This document shows positions 26,601 to 38,722 of a stretch of DNA of 64,000 nucleotides, one piece after another. A program made the position numbers and the translations under genes. The DNA is taken from NCBI GenBank assembly GCA_963924565.1, contig OZ004607.1, forward strand, positions 9,176,001 through 9,240,000. Direction: 5' to 3'. The notes below the pieces were generated by a model. That model had not been told where the DNA came from, ran no database searches, and saw only the letters and a list, made by a program, of their open reading frames with translations. The DNA is from Ascidiella aspersa. Taxonomy: Eukaryota. Numbering within the stretch: position 1 is the first letter of the stretch; each line of letters opens with the position of its first letter.

Positions 26601-29600
26601 ATTGCTCACCTCCGGAAGTCCCGAGCCCTGAGGCAGCAGCAGTACAGAGCCGAGAACCAGGTCCTCCTCAAGGAGATCGAGAAGTTGGAAGATGAGAGAT
26701 TGGAGCTGAAGCTGCAGGTATCTTCCTCTGTTTCAGTCCATGTGAGGGATGTCCGACAATTACGATAAAATATCGGAAACGCACGATAAGACCTACAGCG
26801 CATTAATTAAAAAGCATAGCAATCTATTATACCATAGTATTTAGACCAACAACATAATAAAGCCAAATACACAGTAATACCCACGAGAGAATGTATGTCT
26901 GTATAGTATTGGTGCTACGTTGTTCTAGAAATCTAGACTGATATCGGTTTGGTGACGGTTTACGATCTAACGCAGCGTTTTCGACCTTGAAAGAGCTATC
27001 TTCTCGGTTCTTGACATGTTGCTCTGAGTGTCCGTATGTCGTTCGTAAGTTCGGATTTGTTTGTCAATCGACCTATAAAAAGGCTCTAATAGGTATAACA
27101 AAACGTTAATATGCCCTGTGTGTTTTGAGGCAGCGAAATGGCCTCTCGAAGTATAGCTGTACACAAAAATATGGGTATTTGTACCGAACTTGGTTAAATA
27201 GTGGTCTCTTAATGCAATGTCTTATTTTTTTAGGTGTCACGAAAGACAAATTTAAAAAACGTATTTTTACTGTTTCCTGGTAATAAGTAAAGGCATAGTT
27301 TAAAACCCCAAGTAAATAGAAAAATATGTGCCATGATGAAAGACGGTTCTTTAGCTCCATGTTTTTTTGTTTTTATTTGTGTATAAAAATAGGATTTTTT
27401 TAAAGCGCTTATTGCGTTGCTGGTACTAATCGATTTATTGCGGGAAAAAAACATTATTCTCAATATGTTTTTTTGTTAAGTTTTATATAGCGGTTCTTTC
27501 AAATTACTTCAAAATGGCTATGAACTACTATTGTAATGCATTTTGTTTCTAATCCTTCATTTTACTGTTGGTGACAAAAATAAATGCAATTTCTCCTTCC
27601 ATTTAAAAGTGCAGAAAATATTATAGTTGTACTCGAAGTTTTGGGTTCCGTATTTTATATAAAGATCACCAAATCACTAAACGTTTTCATAAAGGGCAAA
27701 CTCAACTTTATTACCTCGATAATCGTTAAACGAAGAAACTACACATTTTTATTAAACAAAAACTGTCGTGAAATATCACAGTACATCGAAAGCTATTTAA
27801 GGTGTTACTTGAAATCAGTTATCAAATGGAGATTTAACCACGATCGTTATTTCTTGCCGCAGGTTCGTCTCCAGGCGCAGTCTTACACACAGAAGGCGAT
27901 GGGCGAAGGCTTGCATCCCGACGACTTCAACGACATCAACAACTTTATCGACCAACTGAAGAGAAAGCGCAAACTGGGACAAACCAGCGACAAGTAGGAA
28001 ATTATATGAAAATATGTGCTCTTATTAATTTCGTTCTGGAAAAATTGTAAGTATTTCAGCGGAATGATGACCCTTTTTCCCCCAAAACACGGCACTTTTT
28101 GTAGAACGTAAATTATTCCACGATGTTTTTATTTTTTGTTGTTTACAATAATTGCGTTTTATTTTAGACAAAAAAAAACACAAAAAAGTGCTCAGAAAGT
28201 GTTCAAACTAAGAGTATAGCAAAATACTTCATGCTTTTTGTTAAGCTCCAAAAGATAAAATCACAAACAAACTAAAACACACCTTAAGAAAGTCAAAACT
28301 GTCTTTAAACATATTTTTGCCAGATGAAGGTAGCTCACACAACTATTCAAACACAAAAAAACACTAAAAAAATTAAAACGGTCACTTTGAATTGGCTAAT
28401 AAAGTAAGCATGTTTTGCACAGGAGCGTCAGTCGAAGCGACTTTGACGTGAGCAGACAAGTGGAAAAAAGTCTGGCTCAAGAAATGAACAAGTTGAGTGG
28501 AGAGGCTGAAGTAACAGCCAGGAGGTTGAGTGAAGCTCAAGCCGACAACATGCGTCTTACCAAGGTAGGAAATTGTCCTGTTTTTATTTGTTTGTTTTAA
28601 GAATGTGAGAATTCGTCGTCGACTTTTTAAAATTAGTTTAGCAAAATTTTATCAACATTTTGGATTTTGATGTTTGGCATTTTTTGACAATACAATTTTA
28701 GTACGCAATACGCATACAATGCATGAATATGAAACAGTCACTGACTTTACCCGAGAAAGTCTGGCGTTGAACTCACTTATATGGTGTCACAACTGTCACA
28801 TATTACAACTATTTATCATGGAAAAAGGCTTTGGTCGATTTAACAAAGTTTGTCCCTCTTTTTTGGTCTTTTGGTAACCTGCTCGATTGCTTGTGTCGTT
28901 GTTAAACGGCAGATAAACTACCTGGTTATAACATATACGTGGCCTATCTATTTTACGCTTTGTAACTTTGTTACACCTTTTTTAATGTGCGGCGCGCGTA
29001 AAAAAATCTAGGTAAATCATTAAACAATTAAGATAATACGTCTTAGAAAAATAGGAAAATAACCAATTTTACCGTCATAAAAAATCGCCACTTAAATCTA
29101 AATTATATCATTGAACCCTGAATACGAATTGCAATTTTTATTATTTTTTTCGTTTTCAATGCAAACCAAAAAATAAGCTATGTAAATTATTGGACTTTAA
29201 TTCAATATACAACTAAACATAACAGTGGAATCTGCAAAAAGAAGCAACTACAAATACAAATTGCTGCTGTTGTTTATTACGTTTCTGTATGTGTGGTTTA
29301 GAGCATTTATTTCGAACATAAACTGTATCAAGTAGACTGTTTTACGTGTCATAAAACATTAAAAAATAGTCAAAAATACATTCACCCTATTTGTCTAAAC
29401 TAATCAAGTCCAGGGTTCATGGACGATTTATTGTTGTTGATCACTTTTTAAGGCCCGTTTACACTACAGCTGCGCTGAGCTGAGATGGGCGTAAAATTGC
29501 GTTTGTACTATGGCTGCGTAAGAAGTAAAAGCGTGAAAATCGCTCCAAAGCATAATTTTTTGCTAGCTGCGTAACTTTTTTACGGGGCTTGAGTTTACCA

Positions 29601-32600
29601 TAGCGTGAACAATTCAAATGAAATACAAATTACACTTTGGTCAGCTCAGCGCGTGTAGTTGTGTAAACGGATGCATATTTGTTTCAGGAGAGCGAGCGAA
29701 TAGCAACTGAGAACGAGCAGCTACGCGCCGCCATGAAAGACACGCTAGAGGCGCTCAAGAGCTCACAGAACGCTCCGCAACGCAATGACGTCATCAGGGT
29801 GCCGTCGCTCGAAAGATTGCTTCACGTGAGTTTGCGCGATAAGAGATATTAGTTACCAATATTTACCAATGAAAACATTTGGGTAGGAAAAATAGCTGTC
29901 AGTAACGTGTTGACTGTTCTTGAAGTTAGAAAGAAGTTCAATCAGCTCTTTTAAAACAATCTTTTGTAAAAAGTGTTCACGCAAACTAGAAAGCGTAATG
30001 TATCCAACATGTTAACAAATAAAAGCTATTTATTACTGTCAGCCATTTTGTCTATCATAGATTCATTATGCTACACTTCCATTGTTTAAGTAATTTAGGC
30101 CCTCACAGTGGTGGTAAAACTAAAAAAACACGCATTATTTTAAACCAATGTTTGGCTCATCGCTTAACCAGAAGTTTGGAAACTAATACGATGCGAAATA
30201 TTTCATATAACTTTAAACTTATCTTTAAAAGTTTAAAAAGTGAATATTAATTAGGGTTATGACGTTGAAAACGTTTACAAAGTCATATAATAACTACTGT
30301 TATAATATTCACACAAAAAACTGCTTGAGATTTTTTAAAAGGCGCACACTTCCTTTTTTATTCGGGGTTTGTGGATGTCGATGCGATTTCACTGCTTAAT
30401 GTTTAAACAAACTTCTTTTGCAGGCCATGGAGGCTAAGCAAACCGACGAAGGGTCAGGCTTTCTGCGAGGCCAAGTTGACCAGCTGACCGGCCGGAACGA
30501 CGAGCTGCGGGCCGAACTTAAGCACTTGAGGACAGAAAACTCGGCCTTTGTGGCCAAGACGGAAAACACGCAACGCCAGGTATAAACGCATACATTTCGC
30601 TGCTTGAGATACCTCGTTATCTTTTTTGAGCTTAAATTTCTTGTATTTTAAGCTTATTGTACTGATGGCACTTTTTGTATTTTAAGCTTATTGTACTGTA
30701 TAGCACTTTTTTCGGCAATTGATAAGTTTAACAAATTGATAAATTTACTTCCAAATGAGTGTTTTTTAATTTTTAATAGTAATATATAAAACCTTTTTTT
30801 AGAATAGCATTCCCAAGTCTACAGGTATAGGCCAGTTTACCTAACGTTAAAGTTTGAACACGTTTTTCAAAATAAATAAACTGGGAAAACGTTACGCTTT
30901 GCATTTTCGGACTGATTTTTTAATTAGAATCACAGTTCTGTGCGTTTTTTAACTGGACGACAAAAGTCAGTGGTTTGTCAAGGTTTTCTTTGGTCTTTCA
31001 ATTTACCTTTTTTGAACCACAACAACACAGAAGAGAAAATCTAGCAACTATGCAGGTTCAAACATTTTAAACACACAAACATTCTTGGCGCTTATCTAAT
31101 AAATGACTTACCGCTCTGAAAAAAACTAACAATTGTAATGTAAATTAAATTGACAACTTTGTATTTTTTTCAGGTCGCTCAACTTCAGGCAGAACTCGGG
31201 ACAATGACTCAGTTGGCCCAGCAGGGCGGCCCGTCCGCCCTCTCGGTCCGGGGAATCCCCAAGAAGGTGGATCCGAGCGCCGAGGATGTCATCAACGCCC
31301 TCAACGAACAGCTGATACAGGTGCTATGACGTCACATTGTCCCTGAAAATTGTATACTAATCCGTGAATTTTTTTTACCCCAAAATAGTTATACCTAAGG
31401 TTATAAAACTCTTGGTAAACACTCCCAAAAGAGCAAACTTGATTTTTAGACGGTATTTTTTGCCACAGATATAAATAAATAAAACTATATTATACTACTT
31501 CGCAGAAAAAAAAATTATGTTTGCCTTCTATCTATACATGCCTTACTTCTTTAGTTTTATATGTTATATTTATAAGTCGGTCATAAAATCAAATTGTTTT
31601 TATAACCTGCTTTTGTCCACGAAATGTTCTAAATTTTCCCTGCTAAATATTCCCCGAAAGCATTAAGAAAATGAACGTTGTAGTGTATATAACAGACTTT
31701 ATATCCAGTGATATACTGATATATATGTGTTTCTTTTCTAACCAAAAATAGTGTTAAATGACAGAACCGTACACTTTGATCTAATTTGGTTTGGACGCAA
31801 TCGAATGAAATGTACATATCGTCGTTGTAATCCAACCCACCAAACATTGGTAAAGGGCAGTTAAACAATTTTTAACAATCTAATCAACGTTTTTTCTAGA
31901 CTTTGGAGGAACTTTCCAAGAAAGATTCGTCAATTTCGGGTTTGAAGGAATCGCTCGAAAAATCACGAAGCCAACTAAGTGTATTACGTCACCAGACTCA
32001 CCTTATTTATAAAAGTGGGTTTCAGTTAAATGTGACAAATCGAGTAAAAAGCATTGCCTGCCCCTGGAGATTGGAATACTGTTTTATTATTGAATACAAT
32101 TTTCGACAACCCTGATATGACGTAATTTACCTTAAAAACAAGATTCAAAATCCGATTGTAATTATTTTTTTTGAATATATAGCTTTTAGCCGGTTTCTAT
32201 CTCAAATCGTTAGGAAATGTTATTTTAGCACGTGCTAGGCTTCCCGTGACATAGATATGCGCAAGATTTTTCAGATCTTTTTTTGATCACCGCTAAGATG
32301 TTTTAAGGGACCGCAACGATTGTGTTGCTCATTGTCTGCTTAGTAGCTTATTATTTGCTATAGTGACAAAAGTAGGTCAAGTTGTGAGAGATCGTTTTAG
32401 AAATTTGAGAGTCCGTTACGCTTCCTCATAACACCTTTAAATAACACCAGATATGCGTGTCTTATATTCGCCAGTATATGGATCAGAATGAACTATAAAT
32501 ACGCAGTATTACACGTGCGTTAAAAATGCTTCAGTAAATACTCAAATGTAAACAACTGAACTCTTTCGTTAAAGTAAAAATGTTTCCTGAAACAGTAATA

Positions 32601-35600
32601 AATCAGACTTTAGGAAAGGCAATTTTTTCTTATTTTAAAGCTGTTACCATCTTTGTTTTTCGGGGATTTGGTCGTCAAACGGCCAAAATTGCTTTTACAT
32701 TTTATAAACTAAACTATACAGTTTACGTATTTCACAATTCGTTTTATTCCAGCGCATTCGGACGAGAAGGAAAAGTGGAGCGCCGAAAAGAAAACTTTAA
32801 ACGGCGAGAAAACGAGATTGCAGGGAAAGATTGAAACTGACGAAGTTCAGATGCAGGAATATGAGGTTCGTTTAAATTTAATAATTTTATCAATAGTCCA
32901 GCCGACTAAAACATTCACATACACAATGTGTATGATCTGTGATCACGCCCTTCTTGCCCAGTACGACTTCACACTTTGTATATATAAGTGTTTCAGTTGC
33001 TGAATACAGACAGTTGACCCCCTTTAAATGATGTTGGATTTACGAGCATGGTTCAGCTGGCAACAATGCTATGTTTTCTCGACCAGCTCCCACTGAGCCT
33101 TCAACCAAACGTATGGCTCAGTAAATAGAGCGACGGTCGTCGTTTGGTTGTCGTGAGTTCAAACCTCACTGAAGGCTAGTTTTTCTACCTTCGCCTTGCT
33201 TGCACGAAAATCCTGATAAGGCCGACTGATTTTGATAATATTTTCAGAAGGAATACAAAGCTGTAGACTGTGAAGTGAAGATTTTTAATTTTATTTTTAG
33301 TTTGCTATTTCTTTAAACTTAAACTGTATTTAAAAAAAGTTTCTATATGTGTCAAAATTAATTTTTAGATTTGGATACGCAATTCAATAAATTTTACCAT
33401 AATAAACAAGAAACAATTTTTTATCGTTTATTAGGTCAATTTTTTTTATTCAAGGTGACCAGCAAACCCGGATTTAATACCAAACGGCGTCATAACAAAT
33501 TTTCGCCTATCCGATAACAAATGACATCATTACGAATTTTCGCCGATATAATTTGATACATGATGACGTAATTACGAAAAAAAATTAAAAGTTGTAACAG
33601 ATGATGCAAAAAAAATGCATTTTCTGCTAACTTTTTTTTCATCCTGCGTTATTTATTTTTCACGAAAATCCAAAATTTTGACATCTTGTTGTTTCCTCCA
33701 GCGACTTCTCGACACGTTGAAGTCGAGTCCGGAACAGATGAAGAAGAAGCTCTCGGAAACCTCCAGGAAAGTCTCGCTCCTCCGAGTCAACGAGAAAACG
33801 CTGATACGAAGACACAGAGGTAAGACAAGCTCCGTAAAGTCGGTTTCTCGTTTTTGTACTTGCACGTGTTCGGTCAATTTAAGTAAGTTTAAATGGCGAT
33901 AAATGACATGATTTTCTTTAACGTGTGGCCGAACTCAAGCTTTTTGATTTTTTTTTTTTAAGTATCATAAACGTCCTTTTTATTTATATGTACCAGTGTT
34001 GAATGTGCACTTAAGTTACTGTTTTCAAATGACTTGACTTGACTTAAGTCTTTTTGACAAATGACTTGGGTTGAAATGAAGTGTTTTTATGAGCAAAGTT
34101 TTAAAATTAGGCTATTTATCTTGGTTTTTGCACATAAGACAACTTGCTTGCTATATGTTGCAAGTTATTTTTTACTTTGACTTATTACCCATAATCGGAT
34201 GAGTTTATACTTTTAATAGTTTTTTTTTTTTTTTTATAAAAAGTACTTGACTTGCTTTAATTATGACTTGACTGATACCTAACTTGTTATTTTTCGAAAC
34301 GACTAGACTTGAATTTAAGTTATTTTACGAATGACTTGACTGAAACTTAGGTCATTTCAAAATGACTTATTTACAACACTGATTATGTACTCAATATTAA
34401 GCTGATTATCTTGCTTCGTATATTTTTCTACTGAGGGATGCTTATCTAGTTATAACGATGAATTTGTATCAGTAAGTTTTTAGATTAGTTTTTAAATATG
34501 TTTTATCTGTTTTTGTATTGGTCGTTAATTTGGCATTGGTACAACTTTTTTACCTTGAAATTTTTCCTTAAAGCTTCGTAAAAAAAATTGTATTTAAATC
34601 CGATTTAAATTAAGGTGCTATAAATCCCCATGTTGCATTAGTACAAAAATATGAGTGCTAAGTTTGGTTTCCAACTGCTGTACTTATCTTCAGCTCTCGA
34701 ATCGACCGAGGATTTGCTGACGTCACAGAACACACGATTGCGCAACGAGATTACTCAGATGGAGAAGGCGGTGGCCGAACGGATCGGCTATCTGGAGCGC
34801 TACAAAGCGATGGCCGCCTATAAAATAAGTAAGAAACAAACGCCATATTTGAACGCCTGTGACCTGTGTGCTGTCCAGAAAGAAAACATATAAAGAGCTA
34901 TAAAAGACCTACTTTTGTAACAAAAAACGAAAAAAATGTGAAACAGGGATTATTCTTTAAAAAAATATTAGGACTATATACGTAAATTAGATATAGGCTA
35001 AGGCATATGAAAAACTTTTTGTTAAATTTAATATAATCCTAATTATAGCATAGACCAGAGCTCCTTATCCTTTTTTGGTTTGGTGAACCTTGTTGTCACG
35101 AACTCATGCACCCTGCGGTAAACTGAGGTAAAAAGTGATGCGAAAAATCATTACGTATATCAGTATCACCATGTCAATTAAACCGAGCTGAGCTGCCGAG
35201 TTTTACACACTGTCCGTGAGAGTTCGATTATGGCTGCAGTACTATGTCATAAAACAGCATTCAGATAAACTTGAGAAAAAAGACAGCATTTAAACACACT
35301 TTAGAAGTCAAATAAATTTAAACATACTTTAGAAGTCAAAAAATATCATTGATTCATAAGAAGTTTGTGATGCACGGTTGTATACCTTGTCGTAGTAGTG
35401 CACCACATACATTTTTTGTGCACCTATAGTGTCACCGTGCACACCGTTTGAAGAGCGCTGGCATAGACTTAAATGTCTTAAGCAAGCCAAGGTTCCATAC
35501 ATTAGTGTTCCATATTTTATTTGATTTTTTTATTTTCAAAACTGCTTTCTGGCATTTTGGATTATGTTTCATAAAAATTCTAATTCCCTTTGAACAGCGG

Positions 35601-36458
35601 CCCTGCAGAAAGCGCTGGAAGGGAGTGTCCCCGAATCGGAACTGTCGGTTGTGAATCGACGTTTCGACGAACTTACGTCAAAATACCGCGACCTGCTGCA
35701 GAAGGAAAACCAATTCGTCGCCAAGAACGTAAAGGCCGAAACTTTGCAGGCAAGTTTTTGTTGTATGTCGGTTCCTAAGCGGGTTGTTTTATTTTTTTGT
35801 TTGTTGTAATTGGAACGGTGAAATGTACGGCTGGGCATTGATTCATGGAAACTTTACTATCTTAAATCATTATATATATATTAGGTGCTCATTGTTTTAT
35901 TAACGTATAAACAATGCTATTTACTTCTGTACAGTATATGCTTTTCACATTTTTTTCAGTAATTTCGTTTTGATATTTTCAGAACGTTTCGAATAAATCT
36001 TAAGATAGTGGTTGGAGGTCGTAGTTAGTCACAGAATAAATATCAAAAACCATACACAAGTAGGTAGCAGTTTGTGAACGTATATATAAATTTTATTTAT
36101 TTAAGAATATATACGGACTTAGATATTTCACCAAACAAACCATTTATTTAACACACGTTATGTGAATGTTGCATTGTTAAAGCAATCATCAAAGTTTCTA
36201 AACCAACACTTAAGCAAAGTTTATTCATTAACCCAGACACAATTCTAACATTTGCAACGTTACGAACAGTGAGATTTGACTTGCTCTAATACTTTTCAGG
36301 AAGAAGTGAAGATTATCACGGAAGAATCGGAGGTGCTCCGTCAGGAATTGGCGCTGGAGAAGGAGAAGAGACACGCGCTGGAGGAAACACTCAGGAAGTC
36401 GGGATCAACATCCGCAAGGTCCTCTTCCAAGTTTGAAGTCTCCTCGGCTCTCAAGCAG
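17630..36458 (+). CDS. CEP290: Centrosomal protein CEP290 orthologue, N-terminal 1047 aa (21 exons); remainder not found in window
   Basis: Exons 17630-17809, 18912-19016, 19162-19362, 21034-21189, 21696-21878, 22721-22933, 24030-24191, 25073-25241, 25821-25906, 26538-26717, 27863-27993, 28423-28564, 29688-29825, 30424-30579, 31174-31320, 31900-32014, 32753-32865, 33702-33819, 34694-34828, 35598-35749 (GC donor), 36300-36458 splice in frame. Diagnostic CEP290 strings: MPPNVNW, MEKMVDEY, EEEDSIANAVNEKVEEW, ESGQYGLTEAVNEIK, RQQQYRAENQVLLKEIEKLEDERLELK, PSLERL, QVDQLTGRNDELR, LRVNEKTLIR, ERIGYLERYKAMAAYKI, ELTSKYRDLLQKEN. Confidence 0.95.
19410..20402. mobile_element. Non-autonomous hAT-type DNA transposon (~1 kb) in CEP290 intron 3
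   Basis: Perfect 16-bp TIR caggggcgtgcaacct/aggttgcacgcccctg; near-TSD acttaacac/acttaaac; subterminal gcgggcc motifs. Confidence 0.8.
22156..22535. mobile_element. hAT-type MITE, 'cagggctgcggagtc' family (inverted copy of the 63256 element)
   Basis: Termini cagggctgcggagtcg/cgactctgcagcactg; interior is the reverse complement of 63256-63606 (e.g. ggtactgcgcatgcacatgtcggac). Confidence 0.8.
23537..23993. mobile_element. hAT-type MITE, 'gacttgacttaagtc' family
   Basis: cagtgtt...aacactg termini; TSD gtacagga/gtacagaa (7/8). Confidence 0.8.
33112..33235 (+). mobile_element. tRNA-derived SINE fragment
   Basis: A-box-like tggctcagtaaatagagcg and B-box-like gagttcaaacc, followed by tcactgaaggctag...tcctgataaggccgactgat. 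A homologous piece lies on the minus strand at ~42400-42500. Confidence 0.55.
33994..34381. mobile_element. hAT-type MITE, 'gacttgacttaagtc' family
   Basis: cagtgttg...caacactg termini; flanks atatgtac/attatgtac; interior co-linear with the 16291 copy. Confidence 0.8.
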
Positions 36459-38722
36459 GTCAGAGGGGATTCCCCTTTATTGTTTGACAATGGCCTTACT
36501 TTAACTCGGTTTTGTTGCAGTCTTTAAGAGGTTACTTATCAAGTTTTTAATTTGTGTATTGCCAATCATTTAGAACTTGACAACGTTTATGTTTATGCGT
36601 CGCAAAATCATTGTTTTAAAATTAATTCCTAAAAGGTAGTTTGGGGTGTATAGGATATGATGGGGGGAAGGTATATGTAAAGCACTTTGTGTGCTCTTTC
36701 AAAGAGTTTGGAGCTCTCAGAGCGGATTCTTTGTGCAGAAATATCTAGGATTGAATCAAGCTTTGGTCTCATGTTTTCCGCGTTACCCGCGAACATGAAA
36801 TAGATTAACTTGTTTTTACAAGTTCGACAATGCCTAGCAGCAATCAATAGGTTATTACCTAATTTAAAATTGTATATTTGAACTAAAATGTTAGCACGTG
36901 TTCTATTTACAATTAAATTAAAATTATACAATATTTCGGTCTCGTCTGTCGTTTAAAGCTGCAGCATGCTGCTTTTACGAAAAGTTATGAATGTATGGAT
37001 GCACTTTAAGCTAAGAACAAGTAATATGTTTTAAACCTACTAAATACGTTTAAAGTTGAACCTGTTTGTTTCGACTTGTTTATGTAAACAACAGATTGTG
37101 TGAAACTGCGCAATAAGAAAGTAAAATCATTAATATATTGTTTGCTAAAGTTCTATTTTTTTTTTACTTTCACCATTTGGGCGATTTTATTTGTGTTATC
37201 TGTTTATTACGTCACTTTTATTGCTCCAACAACAAAAGCACACTACATTGTGCGTGTGTTTTATACTTTTACATATTGTACCTATATATGACTGTCTTAA
37301 TTCTCCGTAAACTTGATGTTTCGTATGAGACAAGATTTTCCAGAATTTCGTGCTAAACAAATCTTCGACGAAATTCCGAGCTTCGTAAACTATACTTTTG
37401 ATCACACAACGAAAGACAAACCGTTTGAGTAATGCTACAAACAAACCAGTGCTTGACAAGGCTCTTTAAAATACTATTTCGAGAGCCTGTGCTGTTACGC
37501 TTTTGGTGGAGGGCAAGCAAAACAACAACCCTGACCACTTGCGGTACCCGAGAGCACTTGCAAGGAGCGTCACTTAGCGCATGAGTGAACACGACGCGTT
37601 TAGCTTAGGAAGGAAGCTAATCTCCCGATTAGGTTGGACGCTGAGCGATTTGGCTGATGCTGTCTGAGTTTTACGGTGAGCAGCCTGGAGCGTTTAGCAC
37701 AGTTGTTTATTCGCTTGATAACTTTCAGGCGCGCATTTTAGGGTTTGTGCCTATTTTAGTGTTGTAAGAGTTTTGTACCAATTGCCTACAGTTTTTGGAG
37801 TAGTTTAGAGTGTTGTTATTATGGTTATTCATTGAGATTTAGTTTTGCGGTTTATTTGTTTGCAAACATCTTGCAATGTCATGATTATCAAAAACTGTTT
37901 TCTAATCAATAGACAAAGAACGCGCAAATCCAGGCTGTTTTTTTTTTTTCAAAAGTTTAAAAAAAGCTTTCCCAGAGCAGCTCTTCGAACGTTTGTAGGT
38001 TTAGCAAATCACGCTTCGTTTATTACGGCTGGATCGACTGGCCAATGTGCACAGCTACAATCGTATCCTGTGTTCAGCCATGCAATTCTAAGGCATTTTG
38101 GGCGTTTCGCTATCGCCCTGCTGCACGGTTTTGTTCTGTTTCCAGGATACGCTTATCGGCGCAAAGGTTTTGCTAAATTCTAGCGTTGTACAAATCGCAA
38201 AGCAGATACTCACGCTGCCACAGATTCGTTCGCTTTTAATAAGTTCCAGTACTTTAGGTTCATGTAACATTTTTAGAATACAGTTAGATTAAATCACTTT
38301 GTAAATTGAAATACTTTTTGTACATATATGTTGATGGTATTTTTTGCTTAATGCTACATTATCTTGTTAGGTCAAGTGGAGGTTTAGAACCGAATGCTTT
38401 CTTAGGCGTATTATTCGTCGATGCTTCTTATCTAAATTATTTAACGTTTATTTGTAAAACTACCTCTCTTTAACCACTAAAATAAAAACAGGGGAGTCTT
38501 CTTAATTAATCAGCCTATTTGTTATCGTTTTGTGTTAATCGTTTTCAGTTTACGACACTCAGATAGCCAGCTGTTTACCCATACTTATCAACTACATTGC
38601 ATACAGCAGTAATTAGCATACAAAGGCAGGCAAACTTAGTAAAACTTGCTGTAGAACGACGACTGGTTTTGTGTGGGTCGCCAGTTGCAACCGAAAAGGA
38701 CATGGGAAGCCATTAACGTGCC

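Noticed and set aside
33112-33180. tRNA gene
   Set aside because: A/B boxes are present, but there is no cloverleaf acceptor stem. Similarity extends into non-tRNA sequence shared with 42400-42500, so it is a SINE.
36629-36931. Minus-strand ORF vaguely like a LINE C-terminal remnant, or a missing CEP290 exon
   Set aside because: No RT/endonuclease motif and no CEP290 similarity on either strand; too weak to call.
37353-38292. Several short ORFs in a moderately GC-rich patch after CEP290 exon 21
   Set aside because: No splice-consistent model or recognisable motif; possibly UTR/promoter or decayed repeat.
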